A DNA stretch of 32,000 nt from Candidatus Saccharimonadota bacterium. GTDB taxonomy: Bacteria > Pseudomonadota > Gammaproteobacteria > Enterobacterales > Enterobacteriaceae. The notes beneath the pieces were generated by a model. It saw nothing but the letters and a program-made list of their open reading frames with translations, searched no databases and was not told the origin of the DNA. The position numbers and the translations under genes were made by a program. The stretch covers positions 150,001 through 182,000 of the forward strand of contig CP024013.1 of the NCBI GenBank assembly GCA_002688505.1, read 5' to 3'. How positions within the stretch are numbered: the first letter of the stretch is position 1; every line of letters begins with the position of its first letter. Shown here in pieces: positions 1 to 10,769 of the stretch.

Positions 1-1
1 A

Positions 2-397
2 TTATCAAATAAAATGTTAATGTCAGAGGATAAAATTAGAAAAATTTTAAAAATTTCTAAAGAACCAATATCTATGGAAACACCTATTGGTGAAGATGAA
101 GATTTACATTTAGGTGATTTTATAGAAGATACATCTTTAGAATTGCCATTAGATTCTGCTACTACTGAAAGTTTGAAATCTGTTACTAATAATATTTTAT
201 CTAGTTTAACTCCTAGAGAAGCTCAAGTTTTAAAAATGAGATTTGGTATTGATATGAATAGTGATCATACTTTAGAAGAAGTAGGTAAACAATTTGATGT
301 TACTAGAGAACGTATTAGACAAATAGAAGCAAAAGCATTAAGAAAATTACGTCATCCTAGTAGATCTGAAATTTTACGTGGTTTTTTAGATGATTAA
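2..397 (+). CDS. rpoD: RNA polymerase sigma-70 factor RpoD, C-terminal part (5' end lies outside the window)
   Basis: The frame is open from the window edge. The sequence [54 protein letters not shown] is the sigma-70 region 4.2 helix-turn-helix and closely matches E. coli RpoD. TAA stop at 395-397. Confidence 0.9.
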   Translation, partial: LSNKMLMSEDKIRKILKISKEPISMETPIGEDEDLHLGDFIEDTSLELPLDSATTESLKSVTNNILSSLTPREAQVLKMRFGIDMNSDHTLEEVGKQFDVTRERIRQIEAKALRKLRHPSRSEILRGFLDD

Positions 398-492
398 TTT
401 TATTAAAGTAATTTTTATTTAAAATAATTTTACTATTAATTTTAAATTATATATTAATTAATTAATTAAATAATAATTTTATATGAGATTAT

Positions 493-1053
493 ATGTTATA
501 TAAATATGAATTAAATGAAGAGAAGATTGAAATTGAAATGAATAAATGTGTTTGTTCTTTTAAAGAAAAAATTTCTAAGTATAATTTAAATTTTAATAAT
601 ATAAATATTATTTCTAATTTATATATTGATTATTATGGTTATAAAACAAAATTATATAAATTATCTAATATATGTTTTGAAAATAATTGTTTTAAAATTT
701 CATTGTTTGATAAAAAGATAAAAAATAAAGTTAGAAATATAATTGAAACTTCTAATTTAAATTTAACTACAAATATTTGTGATAATAATATAATAGTAAA
801 TTTACCACCTATAACTGAGCAATATAGAATTAAGATTTTAAATTTATTAAAAAAAGATTTAGAATTTTTTAAAATTTCTATTAGAAATAAACGTAAATTT
901 TTTAAGAATAATATAAAAATTTTATTAAAAAATAAAATATTTAGTAAAGATGAAAGTTTATTATTAAATAATAAATTACAATTTATGACAAATAAATATA
1001 TAAAGATTTTAAGTATGTTATTTTTAAATAAAAAAAAAAATATATTAATTTAG
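493..1053 (+). CDS. frr: ribosome recycling factor
   Basis: 186 aa, the same length as E. coli RRF. It aligns along its length: MNKCVCSFKEKISKY with MDKCVEAFKTQISKI, YIDYYGYKTKL with VVEYYGTPTPL, and NLPPITEQYRIKILNLLKKDLEFFKISIRNKRKFFKNNIKILLKNKIFSKDE with [52 protein letters not shown]. Confidence 0.85.
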   Translation: MLYKYELNEEKIEIEMNKCVCSFKEKISKYNLNFNNINIISNLYIDYYGYKTKLYKLSNICFENNCFKISLFDKKIKNKVRNIIETSNLNLTTNICDNNIIVNLPPITEQYRIKILNLLKKDLEFFKISIRNKRKFFKNNIKILLKNKIFSKDESLLLNNKLQFMTNKYIKILSMLFLNKKKNILI

Positions 1054-1143
1054 TTTTAATTTTTTATATATTATTTTATATATTTTAGTTATTAATATAT
1101 TTATTAATTTAATTTTTAAAATTTTATTAATATATTTTAAATT

Positions 1144-3564
1144 ATGATATATAATTTTAAATTATTAATATTTATACTAAATTATTTTATGTTTATAATT
1201 AATTATTTAATAATTTTATTTTTTTTAATATTTAATTTTAATTTTTGTTTTTCTAAAAATATACAATTTAATAAAGTTTTTATATACTATAATTATAGTA
1301 AAATTTTTCATAATATTTTATATAAAAAAATTAATTATGAATTTATTAAATTTAATAATAAAAATATAATTAATTTTTTATGAAAAATGAATTTTTTTTA
1401 TAAAATTAAATATTTTAAATTAAATAATAATTTATTTATATATTTATATAATAAATTAATTATTAATAATATTATATTAAATAATAATAATAAAATTTAT
1501 TTTAGTAAAAAATTTTTATTTAAAATTTTAAGTAGTTTTAATATTAATAAAAATTGTTATTTATATAAAAATAATTTATTTAAATTTAAAAAATTTATGT
1601 TATTAAAATATAAAAATATAGGTTTAAATAATTTAAAAATTAATTTTAATATTATTAAGTTTAATAAAATTTATATATTATTAAAATTAAATATTAATAA
1701 TAATTTATTAAATAATTTAAATATTAATATATATGGAAATAAATTTTTAAATAAAGATAAATTTTTATTATTATTAAAAGATTGTAAATTTGATATAGTA
1801 TTTTTAAATAAAAATAAATTTAATATATGTTTGAATAAAATAAAAAATTTTTATTTTAATTATGGATTTTTAGATTTTAGTATTATTAAAATTGATAAAA
1901 AAATAGATTGTAATAATAAATTAAATATTAATTTATATATTCATGAAGGTAATAGATATAGAATAAATAATTTATTTATATTAAGTAATATATCAAAATT
2001 AAATAAAAATATTTTATATAATTTTAAATTAAATAATTTATTATTAAATAATTATTTTAATTATATTGAATTTAAGTCTTTTATAAATAAAATAAATTTT
2101 TTTTTAAAAAAAAGGGGTTATATCTATATAATATTAAATATTAAATATAAAAAAATTTTAGATAATAAAATTATATTTTTTATGTATATTAAATTAAATA
2201 ATATTTATAAAATTAAAAATATTATTTTAAAATCAAATATTAAAAAAAAATATAATTTTATATTATATAATTTAAACAAAACAAAGGATTATATTTATAA
2301 TAAGTATATATTAAATAAATTAATTTATAATTTATTACAAAAAAATTATTTTAAAAATATTAAATTTAAATTAAAAATTATTGATATTTTAAATAATAAT
2401 AATTTAAATATTATTTATAATTTAAAATTTATAAAGAAAGGTTTATTAAATTTTAATATAAATTTTGGTAAATTAAAATATTTAAATTATAAATTTATTT
2501 TTAATAAAAAAAATTTATTTAATATAGGTGATGATTTTAATCTAAATTTTACTAATAATAATTATATGAATTATAGTAGTTTTACTTTTATAAAAAATTT
2601 ATTTAAAAATATTAATTTTAAATATAAATTTTATTATAATAGCAAAATTTATAATTTATTATTTAATAATAGATATTCTAATAATTATTATGGTTTAAAT
2701 ACTGGTTTTTTTTTAAATTTAAATAATAATATTAATTATAATTTATATATAAAATATATAAGTAATAAGATATTTAATTTTAATAAAAATATTTTATTTT
2801 TAAATTATTTAAATTTTATATTTAATAATTTCTTAAAATTTAAAAATAATAATATTTATAAATATAGTAATTTTTTTATAAAGAATATTTTGGAAATAAA
2901 TAAACTAAATGATAAATATAATCCTAATAATGGATTTTATTTAAATTTAAATACTAAAATTAGTTTACCTTTATTATCTAATGATAAATTTTATAAATTT
3001 TATTTTTTATTTAAAAAATATATATCTTTAAATAAAAAAAAATCATTAATTTTATTAACAAATATATTTTTTGGCTTTTCTAATACATTTAATAATAAAA
3101 ATATTCCAATTTATGAAAATTTTAGTAATATAAATAATAATTTTTTAAGAGGTTTTGATTATAAAGATTTATTTAATAATTTAATATTTATGAATTTAAA
3201 TTTTTCAAATTGTAAAAATTTAAATAATTATTGTTTAGCAGAATCATATTTAGGTAAAAATTATATTTTTTATTTAAGTAATGAATTTATAATAAATAAT
3301 ATTTTTTTAAAGAAAAAAAGTAGTTATAATAAATATATTAAATCTATATTATTTATAGATTCAGGTTTTGTATTAAATAATAAATTAAGAAATAATCATT
3401 TTAAATTAAGTTATATAAATTTTAATAAAGTATTTAAAATATCTTATGGTTTACATACTAAAATATTTACTCCATTAGGTTATTTAAATATTATATTAGG
3501 TTTTCCATTAAAAAATTTAAATAATAAATCAAATATTTTAAATTTTTATTTAAGTAATAATTAA
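1144..3564 (+). CDS. bamA: outer membrane protein assembly factor BamA (Omp85 family)
   Basis: Track ORFs 1144-1383 and 1387-3564 share a frame and are joined by TGA(Trp) at 1381-1383, giving about 806 aa (E. coli BamA is 810 aa). It has a hydrophobic N-terminal signal-like segment. An FLRGFDY motif at about residue 660 matches the position of the loop-6 VRGF/Y motif of Omp85 proteins. LFIDSGFV near the C-terminus resembles FFDxGxV in the barrel. It sits between frr and an skp-like gene, as in Proteobacteria. Confidence 0.75.
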
Positions 3565-3567
3565 TAT

Positions 3568-4101
3568 ATGAAAAATAATATTTTAAATTATATTATTAAA
3601 TTTATTATTTTAATTAATTTAATAATATTTAATAAGTTAAATGCTAATACTAATAATATAGCTTGTTTAAATGTAAATTATGTAATAAATAATACTTATC
3701 AATATAATAAATATTTATTAAATTTAAATAATGAATTTAATAAATTTTATATAAAATATGTTAAATATATAAATATTTTAAATAATAGAGAAAAAAATTT
3801 AAATGAAACAAAATATTTTATTAATTTAAATAAATTTAAATTTCTTAAATTTATTTTATTTATTAAGAAAAAAAAAATTTTAAATAATTTAAATAAGATT
3901 CAATTTTTTTATAATAATAAAAATATTAAAATTTATAAAAAAACTTTATTAAAAATTTTTAGTATAGTTAATAATATTTCTTATATAAATAAATATAATT
4001 TAGTTTTTGATTTAAATTCTATATTTTATTATAATAATAATATTAATAATATTACTAATTATGTTATTTATATAATTAATAAAAAAAATATATTTAATTA
4101 A
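3568..4101 (+). CDS. skp: periplasmic chaperone Skp (OmpH)-like protein
   Basis: 177 aa with a signal-peptide-like N-terminus ending ...NKLNA. The mature part begins IACLNVNYVINN....LNNEF (E. coli Skp: IAIVNMGSLFQQ....LENEF). The C-terminal NLVFDLNSIFYYNNNINNITNYV resembles [23 protein letters not shown]. It lies immediately downstream of bamA with a 3-bp gap, which is the canonical position. Confidence 0.55.
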   Translation: MKNNILNYIIKFIILINLIIFNKLNANTNNIACLNVNYVINNTYQYNKYLLNLNNEFNKFYIKYVKYINILNNREKNLNETKYFINLNKFKFLKFILFIKKKKILNNLNKIQFFYNNKNIKIYKKTLLKIFSIVNNISYINKYNLVFDLNSIFYYNNNINNITNYVIYIINKKNIFN

Positions 4102-4124
4102 TTTTAATATTTTATTAAATTATA

Positions 4125-7100
4125 ATGGATCCTAAATTTATACATTTAAATGTACATAGTGATTATTCTATAAAAGATGGTATATGTAAAATTGAAAATT
4201 TATTAAAAAAATGTGTTGAACTTAAAATACCATCTATAGCATTAACTGATTTTTATAATTTATCAGCTATTATAAAATTTATTAATAAATCTTATTTTTA
4301 TGGTATAAAACCTATTATAGGAGTTGATGTATATGTACATTATAAAAATAATATTTATAATAAAGAATCTCATTCATTAACTATATTAGTTATGAATAAT
4401 ATAGGATATAATAATTTAATAAAGATAATTTCTTTATCTTTAATTAAAAATAAATCCGAATTTATTTTATATAATAGTTCTATATATTATAAATTAATTT
4501 TAAAATATCAAGAAGGTTTAATTTTTTTATTTTCTTTTGATAAGTTTAATTGTATTGGAAAATATTATATTTATAAAAATATAGATATTATTAAAAAAAT
4601 TATTATATTTTGAAAAAAAATATTAAAAGATAGAATATATTTACATATATATAGAATTTCTTATATTAATGAAAATATTTATATAAATAAAATAATTAAT
4701 TTATCATATGAATTAAAAATATTTGTAGTAGCTAGTAATAAAGTTTTATTTATTAATGAAAATGATTTTAATATTCATAAGATTCGTTGTTCTATTTATT
4801 ATAATTGTAATATTAAAAAAATTTATAATTATATAAATTATACTGATCAACAATTTTTGAAGACTGAAAATCAAATGAGTTTTATATTTAAAGATATTCC
4901 TGAAGTATTATATAATAGTGTACAAATTTCTAAAAGATGTAATTTTATTTTAAAAAAAAGAAAAATTATTTTACCTAATTTTAAGATTAATAAATATAAA
5001 ACATCTTTTGAATATATAAAAGATTTAACTTTTAGTAATTTATATAAAAAAAAAATTAAAAAAAAATTATTAAATAAATATATATTAAGATTAAAAAAAG
5101 AGTTAATAATAATAAATAAAACATTTTTATCTAACTATTTTGTTATAGTTATGGAATTTGTCAATTGATCTAAAAAAAAAAGAATACCTGTAGGACCAGG
5201 TAGAGGTTCTGGAGCTGGTTCATTAGTAGCTTATTTATTAGGTATTACAGAAATTGATCCTTTAAAATTTAATTTAATTTTTGAAAGATTTATAAATTTA
5301 GAAAGAATATCTATACCAGATTTTGATATAGATTTTTGTATGCAAAAAAGAGATAAAGTATTATCTCATATTGAAAAATTATATGGTAGAAATTCTGTAG
5401 CTCAAATAGTTACTTTTAATACATTAACTGCTAAATCTGTTATTAGAGATGTAGGAAGAGTTTTAGGATATTCATATATTTTTATTGATTATATAGCTAA
5501 GTTAATACCATTTAATATAGGAATTACTTTGGATAAAGCAATTAAAATTGAACCTAAATTAAATAAATTATATAAAAATGATGTTCAAGTTAGAAAATTA
5601 ATAGATATATCTAAAAGATTAGAAGGTTTAATAAAAGGTATTGGTAAACATGCTGGTGGTATAGTTATTTCATCAAAATTAGTATATGATTTTTGTCCAA
5701 TATTTAAAGATTTTGAAAATAATAAATTAGTAACTCAATTTGATAAATATGATATTGAATATGTTGGATTAATAAAATTTGATCTTTTAGGTTTAAGAAC
5801 ATTATCTATTATAGATAAATGTACTAAATTAATTTATAAAAATTTTAAAAAAAAAATTAATATTAATAATTTATGTTTAAATGATAAATTAAGTTTTGAT
5901 TTATTAAAAAATTCTAATACTATAGCTGTATTTCAATTAGAATCTAAAGGTATGAGAGATTTAATAAAAAGATTAAAACCAGATTGTTTTGAAGATATAG
6001 TTGCTCTATTAGCATTATTTAGACCTGGTCCTTTAAAGTCTGGTATGGTAGATAATTTTATAAATAGAAAAAATGGTAATGAAAAAATATACTATCCTCA
6101 TAAATTATGTAATCATAAATTATTAATTCCTATTTTAAAATGTACTTATGGAATAATTTTATATCAAGAACAAGTTATGGAAATAGCTAGAGTATTAGGT
6201 AATTATAATTTAGGTTTAGCAGATATATTAAGAAGATCAATTTGTGATAAAAATAAAAAAGATATATGTTTACAAAAAAAAATATTTAAAAAGGGTTCAA
6301 AATCATTAGGTATAGATTATAAATTATCTTTAAGAATATTTTCTTTAATGATAAAATATTCAGGATATGGATTTAATAGATCTCATTCAGTATCCTATGC
6401 TATTATTGCATATCAGACTCTTTGGTTAAAAGCTAATTTTTTATGTGAATTAATTGTATCTGTTATGAATACTGATATTGATAATATTAATAAAATTATA
6501 TCTATGATTAATGAGGCTAAAAATAATAATATAAAAATTATTTATCCTAATATTAATAGAAGTGATTATTATTTTAGAATTAATAAAAAAGGTAATATTA
6601 TTTATGGTTTAGGTGCTATAAAAGGTATAGGAAAAAATACTATTAAAAATATTATTAATATAAGAAATAAAAATGGTAAATTTAATAATTTTATAAATTT
6701 TTGTATTTTAAATTTTTATAATAATAGACTTTCTAAATCTACTTTAGAAAGTTTAATTTATTCTGGTTGTTTTGATATTTTTAATATAAATCGTTATATT
6801 TTATTTAAAAATATTAAAAATTTTTCAAAAATAGCTATTTTTGAAAACAAAAAAAATAATATTAATCAATTAAGTTTATTTAAGATAAATTATTTTAAAG
6901 ATTTAAAATTTTTAAATAAAAATATTAAAAAAAATTATAAAAAAGATCTTATTTTAAATAAAGAAAAATTTTTTTTAGGTTTATATTTAACAGATCATCC
7001 TTTAAAAAAATATATTAAATATATAAAATTAAATTATAATATTTTTTATATTAAAAATATTTTATTTATTAAAGTTACAAAAAAAATAATAATTTGTGGT

Positions 7101-7346
7101 GTAATAACTAATATAAAAATTTTATATACTAAAAAAAGAAATAAAATTTATATTATTAATATTGATGATAGTACTGGTAATTTAGAAATATTTTTATTTA
7201 AAGAATTATTTATAAAATATCATAAATTTATAGAATTAAATAATATATTAATAATTTATGGTTTATTTAAAATAGAATTATATAAATATAATAATATTTT
7301 TTTAACTAAAAAAATATTATTATTTAATAAAAGTAAATATAAATAA
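4125..7346 (+). CDS. dnaE: DNA polymerase III alpha subunit
   Basis: Three track ORFs (4125, 4857, 5340) are in one frame. I read 4614-4856 and 5169-5339 codon by codon and both stretches are open. The only interruptions are TGA at 4611 and 5166. It has the PHP domain (FIHLNVHSDYSIKDG...ALTDFYNL), the catalytic motif PVGPGRGSGAGSLVAYLLGITEIDPLKFNLIFERFINLERISIPDFDIDF, and a C-terminal OB fold. 1073 aa. Confidence 0.93.
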
Positions 7347-7409
7347 TTTTATACAAATATATTATAATATAATATTATTATATCTATAATTTATATTAAA
7401 TATTTAATT

Positions 7410-7640
7410 ATGTCTAAAATATGTTTAATAACAGGAAAAAAACCAATATTTGGTAATAAAAGATCTCATTCTATGAATGCTTCAAGAAGAAAATTTTTAC
7501 CTAATTTACATTATCATCGTTTTTGAGTTTCTAGTAAAAAAAAATTTATAAAACTTAGAGTTAGTTCTAAAGCTATTAGAACAATAGATAAAAAAGGAAT
7601 AAATTTTTTTTTAAATAAATTTTTTAAAAATAAAGTATAA
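7410..7640 (+). CDS. rpmB: 50S ribosomal protein L28
   Basis: This gene is not in the ORF track because of an internal TGA. The translation [64 protein letters not shown] matches E. coli L28 ([64 protein letters not shown]). The TGA falls on the conserved W. Confidence 0.93.
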
Positions 7641-7649
7641 ATAATAATT

Positions 7650-7811
7650 ATGTCAAAAAAAAATAGAATTAAAATAAAACTTATATCTAGTTCAGGTAGT
7701 AAACATTTTTATACTACTACTAAAAATAAAAATAACTTAAATAAATTATCAATAAAAAAGTATGATCCTATTATTAAGAAACATGTTATATATAATGAAA
7801 GTAAAATTTAA
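7650..7811 (+). CDS. rpmG: 50S ribosomal protein L33
   Basis: 53 aa: [54 protein letters not shown]. coli L33 reads ...[50 protein letters not shown]. The rpmB-rpmG pairing is the conserved arrangement. Confidence 0.93.
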   Translation: MSKKNRIKIKLISSSGSKHFYTTTKNKNNLNKLSIKKYDPIIKKHVIYNESKI

Positions 7812-7820
7812 TTATTAATT

Positions 7821-7852
7821 AATTTCTCCTTTTATATTAGGAAGGAGAAATT
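7821..7852. terminator. perfect 11-bp stem-loop between the convergent genes rpmG and peroxiredoxin; candidate bidirectional intrinsic terminator
   Basis: aatttctcctt (7821-7831) and aaggagaaatt (7842-7852) are exact reverse complements separated by a 10-nt loop. The hairpin starts 10 bp after the rpmG stop. It is one of the very few G/C-containing non-coding segments in the window. It lacks a clean U-tract. Confidence 0.45.
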
Positions 7853-7978
7853 AAAATTTATATATTAAATATTTTTATTTATTAAAAATTTTATATTTTA
7901 AATTTTTAAATTATAATTTTAATTATTTTTTTTTATTATTATTATAAATAATATATTTATATATTATTAAATTTTATT

Positions 7979-8590
7979 TTATTTATTATTATATAATTCT
8001 TTAATATTATTTTTTAAATAATTTGATATACTTTTTTTATTTGGTTTAATTGTACTTTTATTTGTTTCTCATTGTGCAGGACATAATTCTTTATTTAAAG
8101 AATATAAATTTATTGCATCTATTAATCTTAATATTTCATTAATATTTCTTCCTATATGTAAATCATTAATTGAAATATGTTTTATAATTCTTTTATTATC
8201 TATTAAAAATGTTGCTCTTAATGCATAACTTTTTTTATATTCTACTTTATATAGTTTTTGAATTTTTTTATCTAAGTCTGATACTAAATGAAATTTAATA
8301 TTATTACCTATACCACCTTTTTCTATAGGGGTATTTTTTCATGCTAAATGTGTATAAATAGAATCAGTAGATACTCCTATTATAATTGTATTTCTTTTTT
8401 TAAATTCTTCATATCTAAAATTTAATGATAGTATTTCTGTTGGACATATAAAAGAAAAATCTAATGGTCAAAAGAATAATAAGCAATTTTTTTTTTTTAT
8501 TATTTTTTTAAAATTAAAAACTTTTAAAATTTTATTATTTGGTGTAATAGATTTTGATTTAAAATTTGGTGCTTTTTTTTTTATTAACAT
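7979..8590 (-). CDS. ahpC: typical 2-Cys peroxiredoxin (AhpC/Prx1 family)
   Basis: This minus-strand ORF of 203 aa is absent from the track because it contains 3 in-frame TGA codons. Motifs: [16 protein letters not shown] (peroxidatic Cys), [28 protein letters not shown], and ELCPAQW (resolving Cys). Two of the TGAs fall on the conserved Trp of the AW and CPxxW motifs. Confidence 0.88.
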
Positions 8591-8683
8591 TTATAATATC
8601 CTTTATATGTAAATATATATATTATATTATAATTTTATATAATTATATATTTATATTTTAATTATAATTATTTTATTTAAATT

Positions 8684-9676
8684 ATGATTTTAAATTTATA
8701 TCCTTGATTAATAAATTTATATAAAGAAATTATTTTATCTAATATTTTTAAAAGGAAAAATTTTGGTTTAATTATTAATTATAATACTAATTTAAATGTA
8801 GATAATTTAGTTATTAATATAATTAAATGATTATTTTGTAATTATAAGATTAATTATAAATTTTGTAATAAATGTATAAATTGTAATTTATTAAATAATA
8901 GTAATCATCCAAATTATTATTGTTTTGATAAAAATAGTAATATTTCTTTAGATATGGTTAAAAATATAAATAAAATTTTTTTTAATAATTTATATATTTC
9001 TAAATATAAAATTATATATTTTTCAAATTTTAATTTTAGTAATAAATTTATTAATAATTTTTTATTAAAAATTATAGAAGATTCTTTTTATAATGTTATA
9101 ATAATATTTTCATGTTTAAGTTATATAAAAATACCTAATACTATTTTAAGTAGATGTTATAAATATATAATATTTTCTCCAAATGAAAATTATATTTTAA
9201 ATTGAATTTTGAATAATTATAAAAATATAAAATTAAATTTTAATAAATTTAAGATTTTATCTTCAATACGTATAAGTAATTTTTCTCCTTTATTATCTGT
9301 TTATTTATTGGAAAAATTATGGTTATTAAGAAAAAATTTTATAAATAATATTAATTTTATTTTTTATAAAAATATTAGTAAATATGTAATATTATTTTAT
9401 AATAATCATTTATTAGAATATTATATAAATTGATTTTTATATATATTATTAGATATATTAAGATTTAATAAATTTAAAATTATTTATTATAATATAGATT
9501 ATATTTATATAATAAAATATTTAAGTAATTTATTATCTATTAATAAAATTTTTTTAATTATTGATGAAATATTTTTATTTCTAAATGATTTTAAAAATAA
9601 CTTAAATTTTAATAAAAATATTTTTTATTATAAATTAATATATAATATATTTTATATTATAAATTTTTTAAAATAA
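8684..9676 (+). CDS. holB: DNA polymerase III delta' subunit
   Basis: Track ORFs 8954 and 9209, plus unlisted flanking sequence, share one frame and are joined by TGA at 8705, 8828, 9203 and 9431, giving 330 aa (E. coli HolB is 334 aa). The N-terminal YPWL, the zinc-module-like CNKCINCNLLNNSNHPNYY (E. coli CGHCRGCQLMQAGTHPDYY), and TILSRC (sensor motif TIxSRC) are present. Confidence 0.8.
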
Positions 9677-9735
9677 TAAATATTATAATATTATTAATTT
9701 TATTAAATTTATTATATTAATATTAATTTTAATAT

Positions 9736-10596
9736 TTATTTGGATATTATTTTTTTTATTTGTAAAATATTTTTATTTATTTGTTTTATTTTGATTAATT
9801 TAGGTTTAATTTTATTAAAATATTTTTTTATTTTATTTTTTTGGTTTCCAATTTCACATATTAAATAACCATTATTTTTTAAATATTTATATGAATTTTT
9901 AATTATTTTTTTAATAATATATAAACCTTTATCTTTAGATATTAAAGATATTTTTGGTTCATATGAATATTCTTTAGGTAAATATTTGATATATTTTTTA
10001 TTTATATATGGTGGATTTGTTAAAATTAAGTCATATTTTTTTTTTATATTTTTAAATAAATTTGATTTTATAATTTTAATATTATTTTTTTTATGTAATA
10101 TAATATTTTTTTTAGCTACTTTTAATGTTTTAAAACATATATCTGATGCATCTATTTTAGATTTAGGAAATATATAAGAACATATTATTGCAATACATCC
10201 ACTACCTGTACATAGATCTAATATTCTTATAGAATTATAATTTTTAATTTTTTTTTTAAAGTTATTTAAAAATTTTTCATTAATATGACTTCTAGGTATT
10301 ATAGATCTTTTGTCTATATAAAAATTTTTTGTACCAAATCATACATTTTTAGTTAAATAAGCAATTGGTATTTTATATTTTATTCTTATTTTTGATAAAT
10401 ATAATATTTTATTTAATTTTTTTTTATTTATTTTAACTTTATAATATTTTTTATTTATATTTAATTTTAAGACAGAGTATATTAAATGTACAGATTCTGT
10501 ATATGAATTATATGTACTATGTCCATAATATAAATTATGTTTATTAAAAATTTTAGTATATTTTTTTATTATTTTATTTAAAAATATATGTTTCAT
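9736..10596 (-). CDS. prmB: ribosomal protein L3 glutamine N5-methyltransferase (PrmB; HemK-family methyltransferase)
   Basis: Track ORF 10339-10596 continues through TGA at 10339-10341. I checked every codom triplet down to the TAA at 9736-9738 and found no other stop. 286 aa. Motifs: YYGHSTYNSYTES (PrmB YFGHGTDNAWDEA), IPIAYLTKNVWF, IPRS, ILDLCTGSGCIAIICSYIFPKSKIDASD, and TNPPY. It is convergent with holB. Confidence 0.7.
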
Positions 10597-10656
10597 ATAA
10601 TTAGTATTATAATATAATATATATAAATAATATATTTGTTATTTATTATATATTAT

Positions 10657-10734
10657 ACGGAAGTGGCGAAATTGGTAAACGCACTAGAATTAGAATCTAG
10701 TTTTTAAATACGAGTTCGAATCTCGTCTTCCGTA
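10657..10734 (+). tRNA. tRNA-Leu (anticodon UAG)
   Basis: A cloverleaf can be folded by hand: acceptor acggaag/cttccgt, anticodon stem ctaga/tctag with loop atTAGaa, T arm acgag-ttcgaat-ctcgt. The extra arm is only about 9 nt (tttttaaat). No CCA is encoded. GC content is far above the background. Confidence 0.85.
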
Positions 10735-10769
10735 TATTTATAAAATATTATATACTTATTATTTTATAA

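Noticed and set aside
1144-1383. A 79-aa hydrophobic ORF that could be read as a separate small membrane protein.
   Set aside because: It is in the same frame as the 725-aa ORF, separated only by TGA-AAA. The combined length of 806 aa matches BamA, and the hydrophobic start fits its signal peptide.
1400-4100. An apparent periodic aat/aaa/tta/ttt repetitiveness suggesting tandem repeats or a CRISPR-like array. The same pattern occurs at 26600-28600.
   Set aside because: I could find no unit that recurs with fixed length or spacing. The pattern is codon-level compositional bias (Asn/Lys/Leu/Phe/Ile/Tyr) inside long open frames, and there are no direct repeats with unique spacers.
8591-8683. 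Many TATAAT-like and TTGACA-like hexamers in the divergent spacers (8591-8683 and 26520-26610) that could be called promoters.
   Set aside because: At this AT content such hexamers occur everywhere, including inside genes. No specific -35/-10 pair can be supported from sequence alone.
9677-9735. AT-only palindromes (for example aatattataatatt) in the holB/prmB convergent spacer, considered as a possible bidirectional terminator.
   Set aside because: Palindromes made only of A and T are expected by chance at this composition and would form very weak stems. This differs from the G/C-bearing hairpin at 7821-7852.
9986-10177. A 63-aa plus-strand ORF in the track.
   Set aside because: It is antisense to the catalytic core of prmB (the GSGCIAI / NPPY region). 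Its hydrophobic low-complexity sequence has no homolog-like features.
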